A stretch of DNA of 32,000 nt from assembly GCF_000025925.1 (NCBI RefSeq), contig NC_014033.1, forward strand, positions 3,360,001 through 3,392,000, in the 5' to 3' direction. The DNA comes from Xylanibacter ruminicola 23. GTDB lineage: Bacteria > Bacteroidota > Bacteroidia > Bacteroidales > Bacteroidaceae. The notes under the pieces are model-generated. The model was given only the letters and a program-made list of their open reading frames with translations. It searched no databases and was not told where the DNA came from. Below, piece after piece: positions 1-10,249 of the stretch. Within the stretch, counting starts at the first letter, position 1; each line of letters begins with the position of its first letter. The position numbers and the translations under genes are program-made.

Positions 1-1
1 T

Positions 2-2110
2 AGTGATAAGCGTGGTACGGTATATGGAATCTATGAGCTGTCGAAGCAGATCGGTGTGTCGCCATGGTATTATTGGGCCGACGTACCTGTAGAGCAGCAT
101 GCTGCTATATATATTAATAAAGGTGAGTATACCGACGGCGAGCCTGCTGTTCGCTATCGTGGCTTATTCCTGAATGATGAGGCGCCTTGCTTGACTACAT
201 GGGTAAAGAATACTTTTGATACCAATTATGGTGGTCATCAGTTCTACGAAAAGGTGTTTGAGCTGATTCTGCGTCTGAAAGGTAACTACCTGTGGCCAGC
301 CATGTGGGGATGGGCTTTCTATGCCGATGATCCTGAGAACCTGAAGACAGCCGATAGGATGGGTGTGATGATGGGTACGTCGCATCACGAGCCTATGGCA
401 CGTAACCACCAGGAGTATGCTCGCCATCGTAAAGAGTGGGGTGCTTGGAACTATTCTACGAATAAAGATAATCTGGATCGCTTCTTCCGTGAGGGTATCG
501 AGCGTATGAAGAATACCGACGACATTGTGACCATTGGTATGCGTGGCGATGGTGATGAGGCTATGGGAAACGGTACTGATACGCGTTTGCTCGAGGAGAT
601 TATCAATAACCAGCGTCGTATTATTAAAGAGGTGACCAAGCGTCCGGCTAAGGAAACACCTCAGATCTGGGCCTTATATAAAGAGGTACAGGATTATTAT
701 GATGCCGGTTTGCGTGTGCCCGATGATGTAACCATTCTGCTTTGTGACGATAACTGGGGTAACGTGCGCCGTATTCCTACTGCTGAAGAAAAGAAACGTA
801 AAGGCGGATGGGGATTGTACTACCATGTAGATTATGTGGGTGCGCCCCGTAACTCGAAGTGGATTAATGTAACGCCCATTCAGAATATGTGGGAGCAGTT
901 GCAGTTGGCCTACAATGGTGGCATCCAGAAACTGTGGATACTGAATGTAGGTGATCTGAAGCCAATGGAGTATCCTATCCAACTGTTTATGGATATGGCT
1001 TGGGATCCTGCTAAGTATCAGGTTGACAATCTGTTGGATCACACCCGTGATTTCTGTGCCGAGAGTTTTGGTGTGCCGCATGCAGATGAGGCTGCATCAA
1101 TCCTGAACCTGGTTTGCAAGTACAACGGACGTATCACCTCGGAGATGTTGGATGCACGTACCTATACCTGTGACGAGTTTGAACGTGTGGTAAACGAGTA
1201 CAAGGCCTTGGAAACCCGTGCGTTGCGTTTGTTCTTAGAGTTGAAACCTGAGTGCCAGGATGCTTATCGCCAGCTTGTGCTCTTCCCTGTACAGGCCATG
1301 GGTAATATCTATGAGATGTATTATGCACAGGCCATGAACCTGCAGCTGGCTAAGAATCATGATCCAGAAGCCAACGAGTGGGCCGACCGCTGTCGTCAGG
1401 CTTTTAAACGCGATTCGTTGCTGTGTAACTATTATAATAAGGTGATGGCCCGCGGTAAGTGGGATGGCATGATGATCCAGAAACATATCAGCTATCGCAC
1501 ATGGAACGATAACTTCCGTGCCGATGTTTGCCCACGTCTGGTTGAGGTGCCCACCCCTGTCAGCGGACCGGTATTCTCGCCCAGCGATGGTTATATCAGC
1601 ATAGAGGCTGAGCATACCTATAGTCGTGAGGATGCTAAAAATGCTACTTGGACGGTGATTCCTTATATGGGGCGTACGTTGAGTGGCATCTCGCTGATGC
1701 CTTATACTGCTTCTACCGATCAGGCCAAACTGACTTATCAGTTCAAGGCTGCTGATGTAAAGACGGTAAAGGTGCATGTGGTGACAAAATCAACTCTCGA
1801 CTTCCTGGATAAGGGTGGCTTGATTTACGACTTGGCTATCGATGGCAAGCAGCCCGTGGCTGTGAACTTTAATAAAGACCTGAACGAGAAGCCTGAGAAT
1901 ATTTACACGGTTTACTACCCAACGATTGCCAAGCGTGTGGTTGAGATGGTAGTGGAGTTGCCAGTTGATGCCAATGAGAAGGTACACACACTGACCCTCC
2001 ATCCTCAGGATCCGGGCATCGTTTTCGAGAAGATTGTGATTGATCTGGGTGGTTATCAGTCGCAGTATCTGTTCGGTAAAGAGTCACAAAAAGCGTACAA
2101 TTTACAATAA
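2..2110 (+). CDS. GH115 xylan alpha-1,2-glucuronidase, 3' portion (5' end lies upstream of the window)
   Basis: The frame is open from nt 2 (SDKRGTVYGIYELSKQIGVSPWYYWADVP...), so the GTG at 56 in the ORF track is internal. The blocks GLFLNDEAP, MGTSHHEPM and IGMRGDGDE and the long C-terminal tail match what I recognise from GH115 enzymes of Bacteroidota xylan PULs. Stop TAA at 2108-2110. Confidence 0.8.
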   Translation, partial: SDKRGTVYGIYELSKQIGVSPWYYWADVPVEQHAAIYINKGEYTDGEPAVRYRGLFLNDEAPCLTTWVKNTFDTNYGGHQFYEKVFELILRLKGNYLWPAMWGWAFYADDPENLKTADRMGVMMGTSHHEPMARNHQEYARHRKEWGAWNYSTNKDNLDRFFREGIERMKNTDDIVTIGMRGDGDEAMGNGTDTRLLEEIINNQRRIIKEVTKRPAKETPQIWALYKEVQDYYDAGLRVPDDVTILLCDDNWGNVRRIPTAEEKKRKGGWGLYYHVDYVGAPRNSKWINVTPIQNMWEQLQLAYNGGIQKLWILNVGDLKPMEYPIQLFMDMAWDPAKYQVDNLLDHTRDFCAESFGVPHADEAASILNLVCKYNGRITSEMLDARTYTCDEFERVVNEYKALETRALRLFLELKPECQDAYRQLVLFPVQAMGNIYEMYYAQAMNLQLAKNHDPEANEWADRCRQAFKRDSLLCNYYNKVMARGKWDGMMIQKHISYRTWNDNFRADVCPRLVEVPTPVSGPVFSPSDGYISIEAEHTYSREDAKNATWTVIPYMGRTLSGISLMPYTASTDQAKLTYQFKAADVKTVKVHVVTKSTLDFLDKGGLIYDLAIDGKQPVAVNFNKDLNEKPENIYTVYYPTIAKRVVEMVVELPVDANEKVHTLTLHPQDPGIVFEKIVIDLGGYQSQYLFGKESQKAYNLQ

Positions 2111-2244
2111 AAACTAACTCTATATTATTAGTTTTCTTTGTTTTCTGTAACACGGACTTTATATTTTGTAACATTTTTCTTTAATTGTTACTGAATATAA
2201 AGTTTGTGTTTCTTCTTTTTAACCCTTTTTTTACTTAAAATATG

Positions 2245-2252
2245 TACTTTTG
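2245..2252 (+). promoter_or_regulatory. Putative Bacteroidota -7 promoter box for the xus operon
   Basis: TACTTTTG matches the Bacteroides -7 consensus TAnnTTTG. It lies about 100 nt upstream of the ATG at 2353 in a 242-nt AT-rich gap. I see no convincing -33 TTTG at the expected spacing. Confidence 0.45.
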
Positions 2253-2352
2253 CGACCGTTTTAGTCTGTAAGTCGAAAAAGTATGTAGAATCAAAACAAG
2301 TTTTTTTTATCTCAATTAACTATAGTCAAATTATGTATCAAAATCAATCAAA

Positions 2353-5300
2353 ATGAAACAGCTAACAAGTCTTTTGAAACGTGCTGTTCCTTCTTTGCTT
2401 CTACTTTTCTGCTCTGCTTTCGCGCAGGCGCAGGTAGGCAGTGTTAGCATTAAGGGATCGGTCGTTGACAATGCGGGTGAGCCTCTGATTGGCGCATCGG
2501 TTGTTTTGAAGGGAAACACTGGTCAGGGTACGGTAACGGACTTTGACGGTAATTTCCAGTTGAAGGTTCCTTCTGAGAGTTCAGTTATTGTGATCTCTTA
2601 TGTGGGAATGAACACTCAGGAACTGAAGGTGGGCAAGCAGCGCACTTTCAAGGTGACACTGACCGACAACACCAAGTTGACGGAAGTGGTAGTAGTTGGT
2701 TACGGCCAGCAGAAGAAAGCCTCGGTGGTAGGTGCTATTACCCAGACCACAGGTGAGGTGCTGGAGCGTGCCGGCGGTGTGAGCAACATTGGTGCTGCCC
2801 TGACAGGTAATCTGCCTGGTGTAGTAACCATGCAGTCTACTGGTATGCCAGGTGATGAGGATCCAAAGATTGTGATCCGTGGTATTTCTTCTTGGAACTC
2901 AAGCGATCCTCTTGTATTGGTGGATGGTATTGAGCGTTCACTCGGAAGTATCGACATCGCCTCTGTACAGAGCATTTCTGTACTGAAGGATGCCTCTGCT
3001 ACAGCCGTGTATGGTGTGAAGGGTGCCAATGGTGTTATTCTGGTTACTACCAAACGTGGTAATGATGGTAAGGCCAAGATCGAAATCGGTATGCAGGCTA
3101 CTGCCAAGGTGGTTTCACAACTGCCTGGAAAGCTGCACTCAGCCGATGCACTGGCCGTTCGTAACCAGGCTATCGAGCATGAGTTAGGTCTCACTCCTTC
3201 TTCATGGGGTAAGATTACACCAGAGGGAATCCTGAATAAGTATCGTAACCCTATCGATCAGGCAGAGCGCGAGCGCTATCCTGATGTGGATTGGCAGGAC
3301 GAGCTCTTCAAAAAGATGGCTTTCTCTTACAATCCTAATGTTAACATCTCGGGTGGCACCAAGGCCGTAAAGTACTTTGCTTCGGTTGACTTCCTGCACG
3401 AGGGTGACTTGTATAGGGAGTTTGATAATAACCGTGGTTATAATGCCGGTTATGGTTTCAACCGTATCAACGTACGTTCAAACCTGGACTTCCAGATTAC
3501 TAAGACAACAGTCTTGAAGTCGAACCTGTTCGGTAGTCATGGTCAGAAGAAGGGTCTGTATGGTATCGACACCGGTTCATGGTATGAGAGTCAGTTGTGG
3601 CAGGCTGCCTACAGCACACCAACAGATGCTTTCATGCCTCGTTACAGTGACGGTACATGGGGTTACTATCCCGACGACACTCAGGGTGCTCATAACTCTA
3701 TGCAGGATATTGCAACTGGTCATGGTTCGGCCACCAATACTACTACGCGCGTAAATACCGACTTTATCCTGGAGCAGGATCTGTCGTTCATCACACCAGG
3801 ACTCCGTGCTTCGGCTACGGTATCTTGGGATAACGTGTTTGTTGAGGTGAACCGTGGTATCAACGATATGAACCACTCTACACAGACCAAGTGGATTGAT
3901 CCTGAGACTGGTCAGGAGAAGTATTCTCAGCCTCAGGACAGTAAGACCAACTTCGACTACCACGAGGGTATCCTCTGGAGTACTAATGGTGGTTCTATTC
4001 AGAACTGGAACACACAGCGTAACCTGTTCTATCAGGGACAGTTGTTCTGGGGCCGTCAGTTCGGTCAGCACGATGTAACTGCCATGGGTGTATTCAACCG
4101 TACAGAGCGCACATCGGGTGGTAACTTCACTAACTATCGTGAGGACTGGGCCTTCCGTACCACTTATAATTATGGTGGCAGATATTTCTTTGAGTACAAT
4201 GGTGCTTACAACGGATCAGAGAAGTTCTCAAGTGCCAACCGCTTTGCTTTCTTCAACTCAGGTGCCGTAGGTTATCTGATTAGTGAGGAGAAGTTCTTCC
4301 AGCCTTTGAAGAAGTATATCGGCATGCTGAAGTTCCGTTACTCTTATGGTGAGGTTGGTGATGACTATATCAACAGTCGTTGGCTCTATGCTACACAGTG
4401 GGCATATGGTGGTAACATTCAGCAGGGCCTGCAGACTGAGACCAGTCCTTACACATGGTATAAAGAGTCTTCTGTAGGTAACCCCGATGTACACTGGGAG
4501 AAGGCTATCAAGCAGAACTTAGGTATCGACTACTCTCTGTTGGATGGTTTGTTCGCCGGATCGATTGAAATCTTCCACGAGAAGCGTTCCGACATTCTGA
4601 TTGCTGGTGCTAACCGTTCTATTCCTTCTTATTATGGTGCTACACCTGCCACTGCTAACCTGGGTCGTGTTCGTACCAAGGGTTATGAGTTGGAACTCCG
4701 TGTAAACAAGGTGCTTCATAATGGCATGCGTTTCTGGGGTAACTTCAACATGACTCATGCTGAGAATAAGATTCTGGAGTATGATGATGCTCCTGGACTG
4801 CCCGATTATCAGAAGCAGACCGGCTTTGCCATTGGTCAGGATCATGCAAACCTGACATCTGGCTATGCTAACACTTGGGACCAGGTTATTGGTATGACCG
4901 ATTTCAATACCAATGATGATCAGAAACTGCCCGGATCGTACATCATCCACGACTACAATGGTGATGGTGTGATTGATTCAAACGATTCAGCTCCATATAG
5001 TCTGACTGGCACACCACAGAACACCTATAGTGCTTCTATCGGTTGGGAGTGGAAGGGCTTCAGCGTTTATATGCAGTTCTATGGCGTACGTAATGTGGTT
5101 CGTTATGTAGCCTTCAACTCTCTGCCTGGTGGAAAACTCGATACCGTATATGATGAGGGTAGCTACTGGACCGTGGATAACATGGATGCCGACGCACCTA
5201 TGCCACGTTGGGGTTCTAAGCCCGACTATTACGAGGGCACACGTTTCCACTATGATGGTTCATTCATCCGTCTGAAGAATGCTGAGATTGCCTATACATT

Positions 5301-5487
5301 CACTCAGCCTTGGGTTAAGAAGATGGGTGCACAGAGTCTGAAGGTATTCCTGAATGGTAACAACCTCTGGGTATGGAGCCGTATGCCAGACGACCGTGAG
5401 TCGAACTTCGCTGGAACTGGTCTCGCTTCACAGGGAGCCTATCCTACTGTTAAGCGTTTTAACTTAGGTCTTAAGATCAACCTATAA
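2353..5487 (+). CDS. xusA: SusC-like TonB-dependent outer-membrane transporter (first of tandem pair)
   Basis: 1044 aa with a signal peptide. CarboxypepD_reg-like N-terminal domain (SIKGSVVDNAGEPLIGASVVLKGN...DFDGNFQLKV), plug (VVVVGYGQQKK ... GVILVTTKRG) and a long barrel. A SusD-like gene follows after 12 nt. The gene order matches the Xus cluster described for Prevotella bryantii and Bacteroides xylan PULs. Confidence 0.95.
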   Translation: MKQLTSLLKRAVPSLLLLFCSAFAQAQVGSVSIKGSVVDNAGEPLIGASVVLKGNTGQGTVTDFDGNFQLKVPSESSVIVISYVGMNTQELKVGKQRTFKVTLTDNTKLTEVVVVGYGQQKKASVVGAITQTTGEVLERAGGVSNIGAALTGNLPGVVTMQSTGMPGDEDPKIVIRGISSWNSSDPLVLVDGIERSLGSIDIASVQSISVLKDASATAVYGVKGANGVILVTTKRGNDGKAKIEIGMQATAKVVSQLPGKLHSADALAVRNQAIEHELGLTPSSWGKITPEGILNKYRNPIDQAERERYPDVDWQDELFKKMAFSYNPNVNISGGTKAVKYFASVDFLHEGDLYREFDNNRGYNAGYGFNRINVRSNLDFQITKTTVLKSNLFGSHGQKKGLYGIDTGSWYESQLWQAAYSTPTDAFMPRYSDGTWGYYPDDTQGAHNSMQDIATGHGSATNTTTRVNTDFILEQDLSFITPGLRASATVSWDNVFVEVNRGINDMNHSTQTKWIDPETGQEKYSQPQDSKTNFDYHEGILWSTNGGSIQNWNTQRNLFYQGQLFWGRQFGQHDVTAMGVFNRTERTSGGNFTNYREDWAFRTTYNYGGRYFFEYNGAYNGSEKFSSANRFAFFNSGAVGYLISEEKFFQPLKKYIGMLKFRYSYGEVGDDYINSRWLYATQWAYGGNIQQGLQTETSPYTWYKESSVGNPDVHWEKAIKQNLGIDYSLLDGLFAGSIEIFHEKRSDILIAGANRSIPSYYGATPATANLGRVRTKGYELELRVNKVLHNGMRFWGNFNMTHAENKILEYDDAPGLPDYQKQTGFAIGQDHANLTSGYANTWDQVIGMTDFNTNDDQKLPGSYIIHDYNGDGVIDSNDSAPYSLTGTPQNTYSASIGWEWKGFSVYMQFYGVRNVVRYVAFNSLPGGKLDTVYDEGSYWTVDNMDADAPMPRWGSKPDYYEGTRFHYDGSFIRLKNAEIAYTFTQPWVKKMGAQSLKVFLNGNNLWVWSRMPDDRESNFAGTGLASQGAYPTVKRFNLGLKINL

Positions 5488-5499
5488 AAAAAGAAAACA

Positions 5500-7398
5500 A
5501 TGAAATTTCTAAATAAGTATATAATGATAGGTGCTGCTGCCCTGACCCTGAGTCTGGGTATGACTTCGTGCACCGACTATTTGGACAAAGCCCCAGAATC
5601 AGATATCTCTGATACTGACGCCTACAAGGATTTCCATAACTTCCAGGGCTTTGTAGAGGAATTATACTATTGTCAGCCTGATCCTACCAACGGTTACTGG
5701 ACTAACTCTTGGAACTGGGGTGAGGATGAGATTATGAACATCAATGTGAACTATCACATGTGTTATAAGGTTGACCAGGGTGACTTCTGGGGATGGCAGA
5801 GTGAATTCGACGGATGGCAGTCTGGTTGGATGGATCGTGCTAGCAACGAGACAACCAGTGCTAATGGTCCCGACCGTTTCAAGCACTCTATGTGGCCTTT
5901 GGCATGGTATGGTATCCGCAAGGCTAACATGGGTATCGAGAATCTGGATAAGATCACCGCTACCAAGGAGGAGAAAGATCTGATTGCCGGTCAGCTTTAC
6001 TTCTTCCGTGGTTGGTTCCACTTCATGTTGATGCAGTACTTTGGTGGTCTGCCTTATATCGATTCTGTTCTTCCCGCTGGTGAGAAGCTTACTTTGCCTC
6101 GTCTCTCTTATGCCGAGTGCGCTGAGAAGGCTGCTGCCGACTTCCGTAAGGCTGCCGACCTGCTGCCTGTTGACTGGGATAAGACTACTGTAGGACGTGT
6201 AACTGCAGGTAAGAACCAGTTGCGTGTAACTAAGATTGCTGCCCTCGGTTATCTGGGTAAGGATCTGTTGTGGGCTGCCAGTCCTTTGATGAACGAGGAG
6301 TCGACAGGTGCTACTACCTATAATAAGGACTTTGCTAAGCGTGCTGCTGAGGCATTTGGTGAACTGCTGAACATTGTTGATGGTGGTAACACACAGTTCG
6401 GTCTGATTCCATTCGACGAGTACTCTGAGAACTTCGTAACAATGGATGGTTCAGGTAAGATGCCTGGACAGAATAAGGATAATACCATCACCGAGGCTAT
6501 CTTCCGTGGTCCTACCTATGGTTCTGGTTGGGGTTGCTCAGCCTGGGGACAGGTAAAGTGCTATGGTGGTATGGATATCAACGACAGTGGTGTAACCTTT
6601 ATGCCAACTGCCAACTATGTAAACTACTATGGTATGGCTAACGGTCTGCCTTTGGATGATAGCGATTCTCAGTTTGATAAGACTCATCCTTGGAAGGACC
6701 GCGACCCACGTTTCTATCATGACATCAAGTATGATGGCTGTCAGATGATTGTAAAGGAAGACGACGGTTTCAAGGATTGGCGTTATGCTGACATGCAGAC
6801 CAATGGTAAGTATCGTGATGAGTACCGTGGAACCCGTACAGGTTACTTTAACTATAAGTTCGTTTCTACCAAGTGTAACAAAGTGGACGATGGTTATGGA
6901 TGGTCGCCACAGATTCACATGCATATCCCCTGGATGCGTTTGTCGGATGTTTACCTGATGTATGCTGAGGCTGCTGCCGAGGCTACTGGTAGTGCTACAG
7001 GTTCTGTAGGTTGCAAGCTGACTGCTGTTGACGCAGTAAACAAGGTGCGCGAGCGTGCTGGCGTAGCTGCTGTTGCCGATAAGAACACTGCTTCACTCGA
7101 CAATTTCATGAGCGAGGTTCGTCGTGAGCGTGCTGTAGAGCTCTCGTTCGAGGGTCACCGTTTCAACGACTTGCGCCGTTGGCTCCTCCTGGATAAGTAT
7201 CCTTATAACATCAAGACATCACAGGAATTCTTGCGTGTAGGCGATATGAATGTGGATGATCCTACAAAGAACACTGTTGCAGAATGGAGCGAGAAGGTGA
7301 TTCTGAAGCGTAATTTCTCTAAGAAGCACTACTGGCTGCCACTTAAGAAATCGGATACAACACTTTATCCTGAGTTTGGTCAGAATCCAGGATGGTAA
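5500..7398 (+). CDS. xusB: SusD-like surface glycan-binding lipoprotein
   Basis: 632 aa. Lipobox LGMTSC is followed by the acidic TDYLD. SusD/RagB C-terminal hallmark EVRRERAVELSFEGHRFNDLRRW. Located immediately downstream of a SusC-like gene. Confidence 0.92.
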   Translation: MKFLNKYIMIGAAALTLSLGMTSCTDYLDKAPESDISDTDAYKDFHNFQGFVEELYYCQPDPTNGYWTNSWNWGEDEIMNINVNYHMCYKVDQGDFWGWQSEFDGWQSGWMDRASNETTSANGPDRFKHSMWPLAWYGIRKANMGIENLDKITATKEEKDLIAGQLYFFRGWFHFMLMQYFGGLPYIDSVLPAGEKLTLPRLSYAECAEKAAADFRKAADLLPVDWDKTTVGRVTAGKNQLRVTKIAALGYLGKDLLWAASPLMNEESTGATTYNKDFAKRAAEAFGELLNIVDGGNTQFGLIPFDEYSENFVTMDGSGKMPGQNKDNTITEAIFRGPTYGSGWGCSAWGQVKCYGGMDINDSGVTFMPTANYVNYYGMANGLPLDDSDSQFDKTHPWKDRDPRFYHDIKYDGCQMIVKEDDGFKDWRYADMQTNGKYRDEYRGTRTGYFNYKFVSTKCNKVDDGYGWSPQIHMHIPWMRLSDVYLMYAEAAAEATGSATGSVGCKLTAVDAVNKVRERAGVAAVADKNTASLDNFMSEVRRERAVELSFEGHRFNDLRRWLLLDKYPYNIKTSQEFLRVGDMNVDDPTKNTVAEWSEKVILKRNFSKKHYWLPLKKSDTTLYPEFGQNPGW

Positions 7399-7434
7399 GA
7401 TCATCAATACTATTATTTATAAGAACATTGATTT

Positions 7435-10236
7435 ATGAAACATATAATTAAGAATATTGCACTTGGCGCCGCTCTGCTGCCTGTAGCAGCAGTGGCACAG
7501 ACAGAGAAGGAATATACCGACTCTGTGGCAAGTCAGGTGAATGTGGCCTTCCGCACAGTCAACGAGGCTGATCTGATGGGAGGTGTTTCAACTGTCAATA
7601 TGATAGAGCAGGCCAAGAAGGACTATACAACCTATAGTCTGGATGGTATGGATGCTTTGGTTGGCGGTTATAACGGACAGCTTTGGAATCAGGGTGAGGC
7701 CTTGGTGCTTGTTGATGGTGTGCCCCGTGATGCCAACAATGTACTGCCCACCGAGATTGAGCAGATTACCTTCCTGAAGGCCGCTTCGGCAGTAGTGCTC
7801 TATGGTAGCCGTGCTGCAAAAGGTGTGATTCTGATTACTACCAAGCATGGTCGTAACGACGGTCTGAATGTAAGTGTTCGTGGTAATGCTTCGCTCTATG
7901 TTCCAAAGAGCTATCCTAAGTATCTGGGATCGGCTGCTTATATGGAGCTTTATAACGAGGCTCTGCAGAACGATGGTAAGGCTGCCGTTTACTCTGAGGA
8001 TGATATCTATCACTATGCCTCTAATGAGAATCCCTACCGTTATCCAAACATCAACTTCTTTGATAGCCAGTATATTAAAAAGACCTATCAGCGTTACGAT
8101 GGTACAGCTGAGTTCTCAGGTGGTGGTCGTCTGGCTCACTTCTATGCCAATATCGGTTTGTCGAATGTTGGTAGCCTGATGAACTTCGGCGAGGGTAAGA
8201 ACAATCATACCACTCGTTTGAATGTTCGTGGTAACATCGACCTGCGTCTGAATGACTGGATTGACGGTTATGTAAACGCCAATGCCACATTCTACGATGC
8301 CCGTAACGATAATAGTAACTTCTGGAGTGAGTCGGCTACTATGCGTCCTACCAGTCAGTATCCTTTGGTGCCATTCATCCCCATCTCGTATGTGGAGGAA
8401 GCTGATGCTGTAACGCTGAAGACCATTCAGAACTCTAACTATATCATCGATGGTAAGTACTTCCTTGGTGGTACTCAGTCGCAGCAGACTAACCCATTCG
8501 CAGCTATGTATGCAGCAGGTTACAACAAGTACACCTCTCGTCAGATGCAGTTTGATATGGGCATGAACTTCGACTTGAACAGTCTGGTAAAGGGCCTGAA
8601 GTTGAAGACCAAGTTCGCTGTTGACTACCACACACAGTATAACACCTCTATCAACAACGAGTATGCTGTTTACGAGGCTAAATGGAATAATTACTCTGGT
8701 CAGGATCTGATCACATCGATTACCAAGTATGGTACAGATAAGCGCACTGGTACTCAGAACCTCAGCAACAGTCATGACAAGCAGTTCATCCTGATGCAGG
8801 CTCAGCTCGACTACGACCGCTCGTTTGGTGACCACAACCTCAACGCTACATTGTTGGCTCACGGCTATCAGATTAGTGAGGATGGTAAGTATCACCGTAC
8901 CAGCAATGCTAACCTTGGCTTGCAGTTGGCTTATAACTATGCTCATACTTATTATGCAGACCTCTCAATGGCTGCCATTCACTCAGCTAAACTGGCAGAG
9001 GGTCATCGTGAGGCCATCTCTCCAGTAGTATCACTGGGCTGGCGCTTGAAGAACGAGAGCTTCCTGCGTAATGTGAAGGCTGTAGATGATCTGAAGCTGA
9101 CCGCTTCGTATGGTATCATCAATCAGGACCTTGATATCGAGAAGTACTATATGTACGACTACGTTTTCACTGCTACCGGTACATGGTGGGGATGGAACGA
9201 GGTTGCTAACTCTATGCAGACCAGCGATTCGCAGCAGGGTTCTAACTATAACCTCGGCTTCATTAAGCGTAAGGAGTTCCGTGCTGGTCTGACTGGTTCG
9301 TTGTGGGAAGGCGCATTGAAGTTCGATGCCAACTTCTTCACCACTTCAACAAACGGTCTGCTGACAACAGCTTCGACTATCTATCCAAGCTACTTCCAGA
9401 CTTACTGGCCTGTATCTACTTTCCTGGCTAACACCAACTACAACAATCAGCGTCGTACTGGTGTTGACCTGACCTTGAACGTACATCAGAAGTTTGGTGA
9501 GTTTGATACTAACTTCGGTGTTTCGGCTATGTACTATACTTCGAAGAACACTAAGTGGGACGAGAACGTAGAGTACGACTGGTTGAAGGCTGAGGGACAG
9601 AGCATCGAGGCTATGCGTGGTTACGAGTGCCTTGGCTTCTTCAAGGATGCCGACGATGTAGCTAACTCTGCAAAGATTAATAACAACACCAAGCCTGGCG
9701 ACCTGAAGTATAAGGACCAGAATGGTGATGGTATCATCGACTCTAAGGACCAGGTGGTAATCGGTAAGTGGACTGCTCCATTCCAGATGGGTGTACACTT
9801 CACTGTAAAGTATAAGGACTTTACCCTCTTTGCTCAGGGTTCTGGCACCTTTGGTGGCAATGGCCTGAAGAATGGCAAGGATACGTGGGTATATGGCGAC
9901 GGCAAATACTCGGATGTAGTGCTGAACCGTTGGACTCCAGAGACAGCCTCTACGGCTACTTATCCTCGTCTGACCACAGAGAGTGGCGACCTGAACTTCG
10001 TCGCTTCTGATTTCTGGAAGTACTCTACTTCTGCATTCCGTCTGAACAAGGTTCAGCTCACTTATGATCTGCCTCAGTCAATCTTCGCTGGCGATTCATT
10101 CGTGAAGGGTGTTTCTGTATATGTAAGTGGCAGCAATCTGCTGACTATTGCCAAAGAGCGCAAGTATATGGAACTGAACGTAGGTACTGCTCCTCAGACA
10201 CGTATGTATAATCTTGGTGTGAAGGTAAATCTCTAA
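7435..10236 (+). CDS. xusC: SusC-like TonB-dependent transporter (second of tandem pair), lacking the N-terminal CarboxypepD_reg-type extension
   Basis: 933 aa with a signal peptide ending AVAQ. The plug starts almost directly (LVLVDGVPRD..., AAKGVILITTKHG). The barrel ends YNLGVKVNL, parallel to xusA (FNLGLKINL). A SusD-like gene follows after 13 nt. Confidence 0.93.
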   Translation: MKHIIKNIALGAALLPVAAVAQTEKEYTDSVASQVNVAFRTVNEADLMGGVSTVNMIEQAKKDYTTYSLDGMDALVGGYNGQLWNQGEALVLVDGVPRDANNVLPTEIEQITFLKAASAVVLYGSRAAKGVILITTKHGRNDGLNVSVRGNASLYVPKSYPKYLGSAAYMELYNEALQNDGKAAVYSEDDIYHYASNENPYRYPNINFFDSQYIKKTYQRYDGTAEFSGGGRLAHFYANIGLSNVGSLMNFGEGKNNHTTRLNVRGNIDLRLNDWIDGYVNANATFYDARNDNSNFWSESATMRPTSQYPLVPFIPISYVEEADAVTLKTIQNSNYIIDGKYFLGGTQSQQTNPFAAMYAAGYNKYTSRQMQFDMGMNFDLNSLVKGLKLKTKFAVDYHTQYNTSINNEYAVYEAKWNNYSGQDLITSITKYGTDKRTGTQNLSNSHDKQFILMQAQLDYDRSFGDHNLNATLLAHGYQISEDGKYHRTSNANLGLQLAYNYAHTYYADLSMAAIHSAKLAEGHREAISPVVSLGWRLKNESFLRNVKAVDDLKLTASYGIINQDLDIEKYYMYDYVFTATGTWWGWNEVANSMQTSDSQQGSNYNLGFIKRKEFRAGLTGSLWEGALKFDANFFTTSTNGLLTTASTIYPSYFQTYWPVSTFLANTNYNNQRRTGVDLTLNVHQKFGEFDTNFGVSAMYYTSKNTKWDENVEYDWLKAEGQSIEAMRGYECLGFFKDADDVANSAKINNNTKPGDLKYKDQNGDGIIDSKDQVVIGKWTAPFQMGVHFTVKYKDFTLFAQGSGTFGGNGLKNGKDTWVYGDGKYSDVVLNRWTPETASTATYPRLTTESGDLNFVASDFWKYSTSAFRLNKVQLTYDLPQSIFAGDSFVKGVSVYVSGSNLLTIAKERKYMELNVGTAPQTRMYNLGVKVNL

Positions 10237-10249
10237 AGATAAGATAAAT

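Noticed and set aside
56-58. GTG at 56 as the start of the first gene
   Set aside because: The same frame is open back to nt 2 and encodes conserved GH115-like sequence (GTVYGIYELSKQIGVSPW). The gene is therefore truncated by the window edge rather than starting here.
2333-2356. 7-codon upstream ORF (MYQNQSK) whose TGA overlaps the xusA ATG
   Set aside because: It is too short and AT-rich to distinguish from chance. I have no evidence of a conserved leader peptide. It would only be worth revisiting if conserved upstream of orthologous xusA genes.
8116-8946. 276-aa ORF on the - strand, antisense to xusC
   Set aside because: Same reasoning as above. It is embedded in a SusC barrel gene, has a Val/Thr/Ile-rich nonsense-like composition, and has no start context or partner genes.
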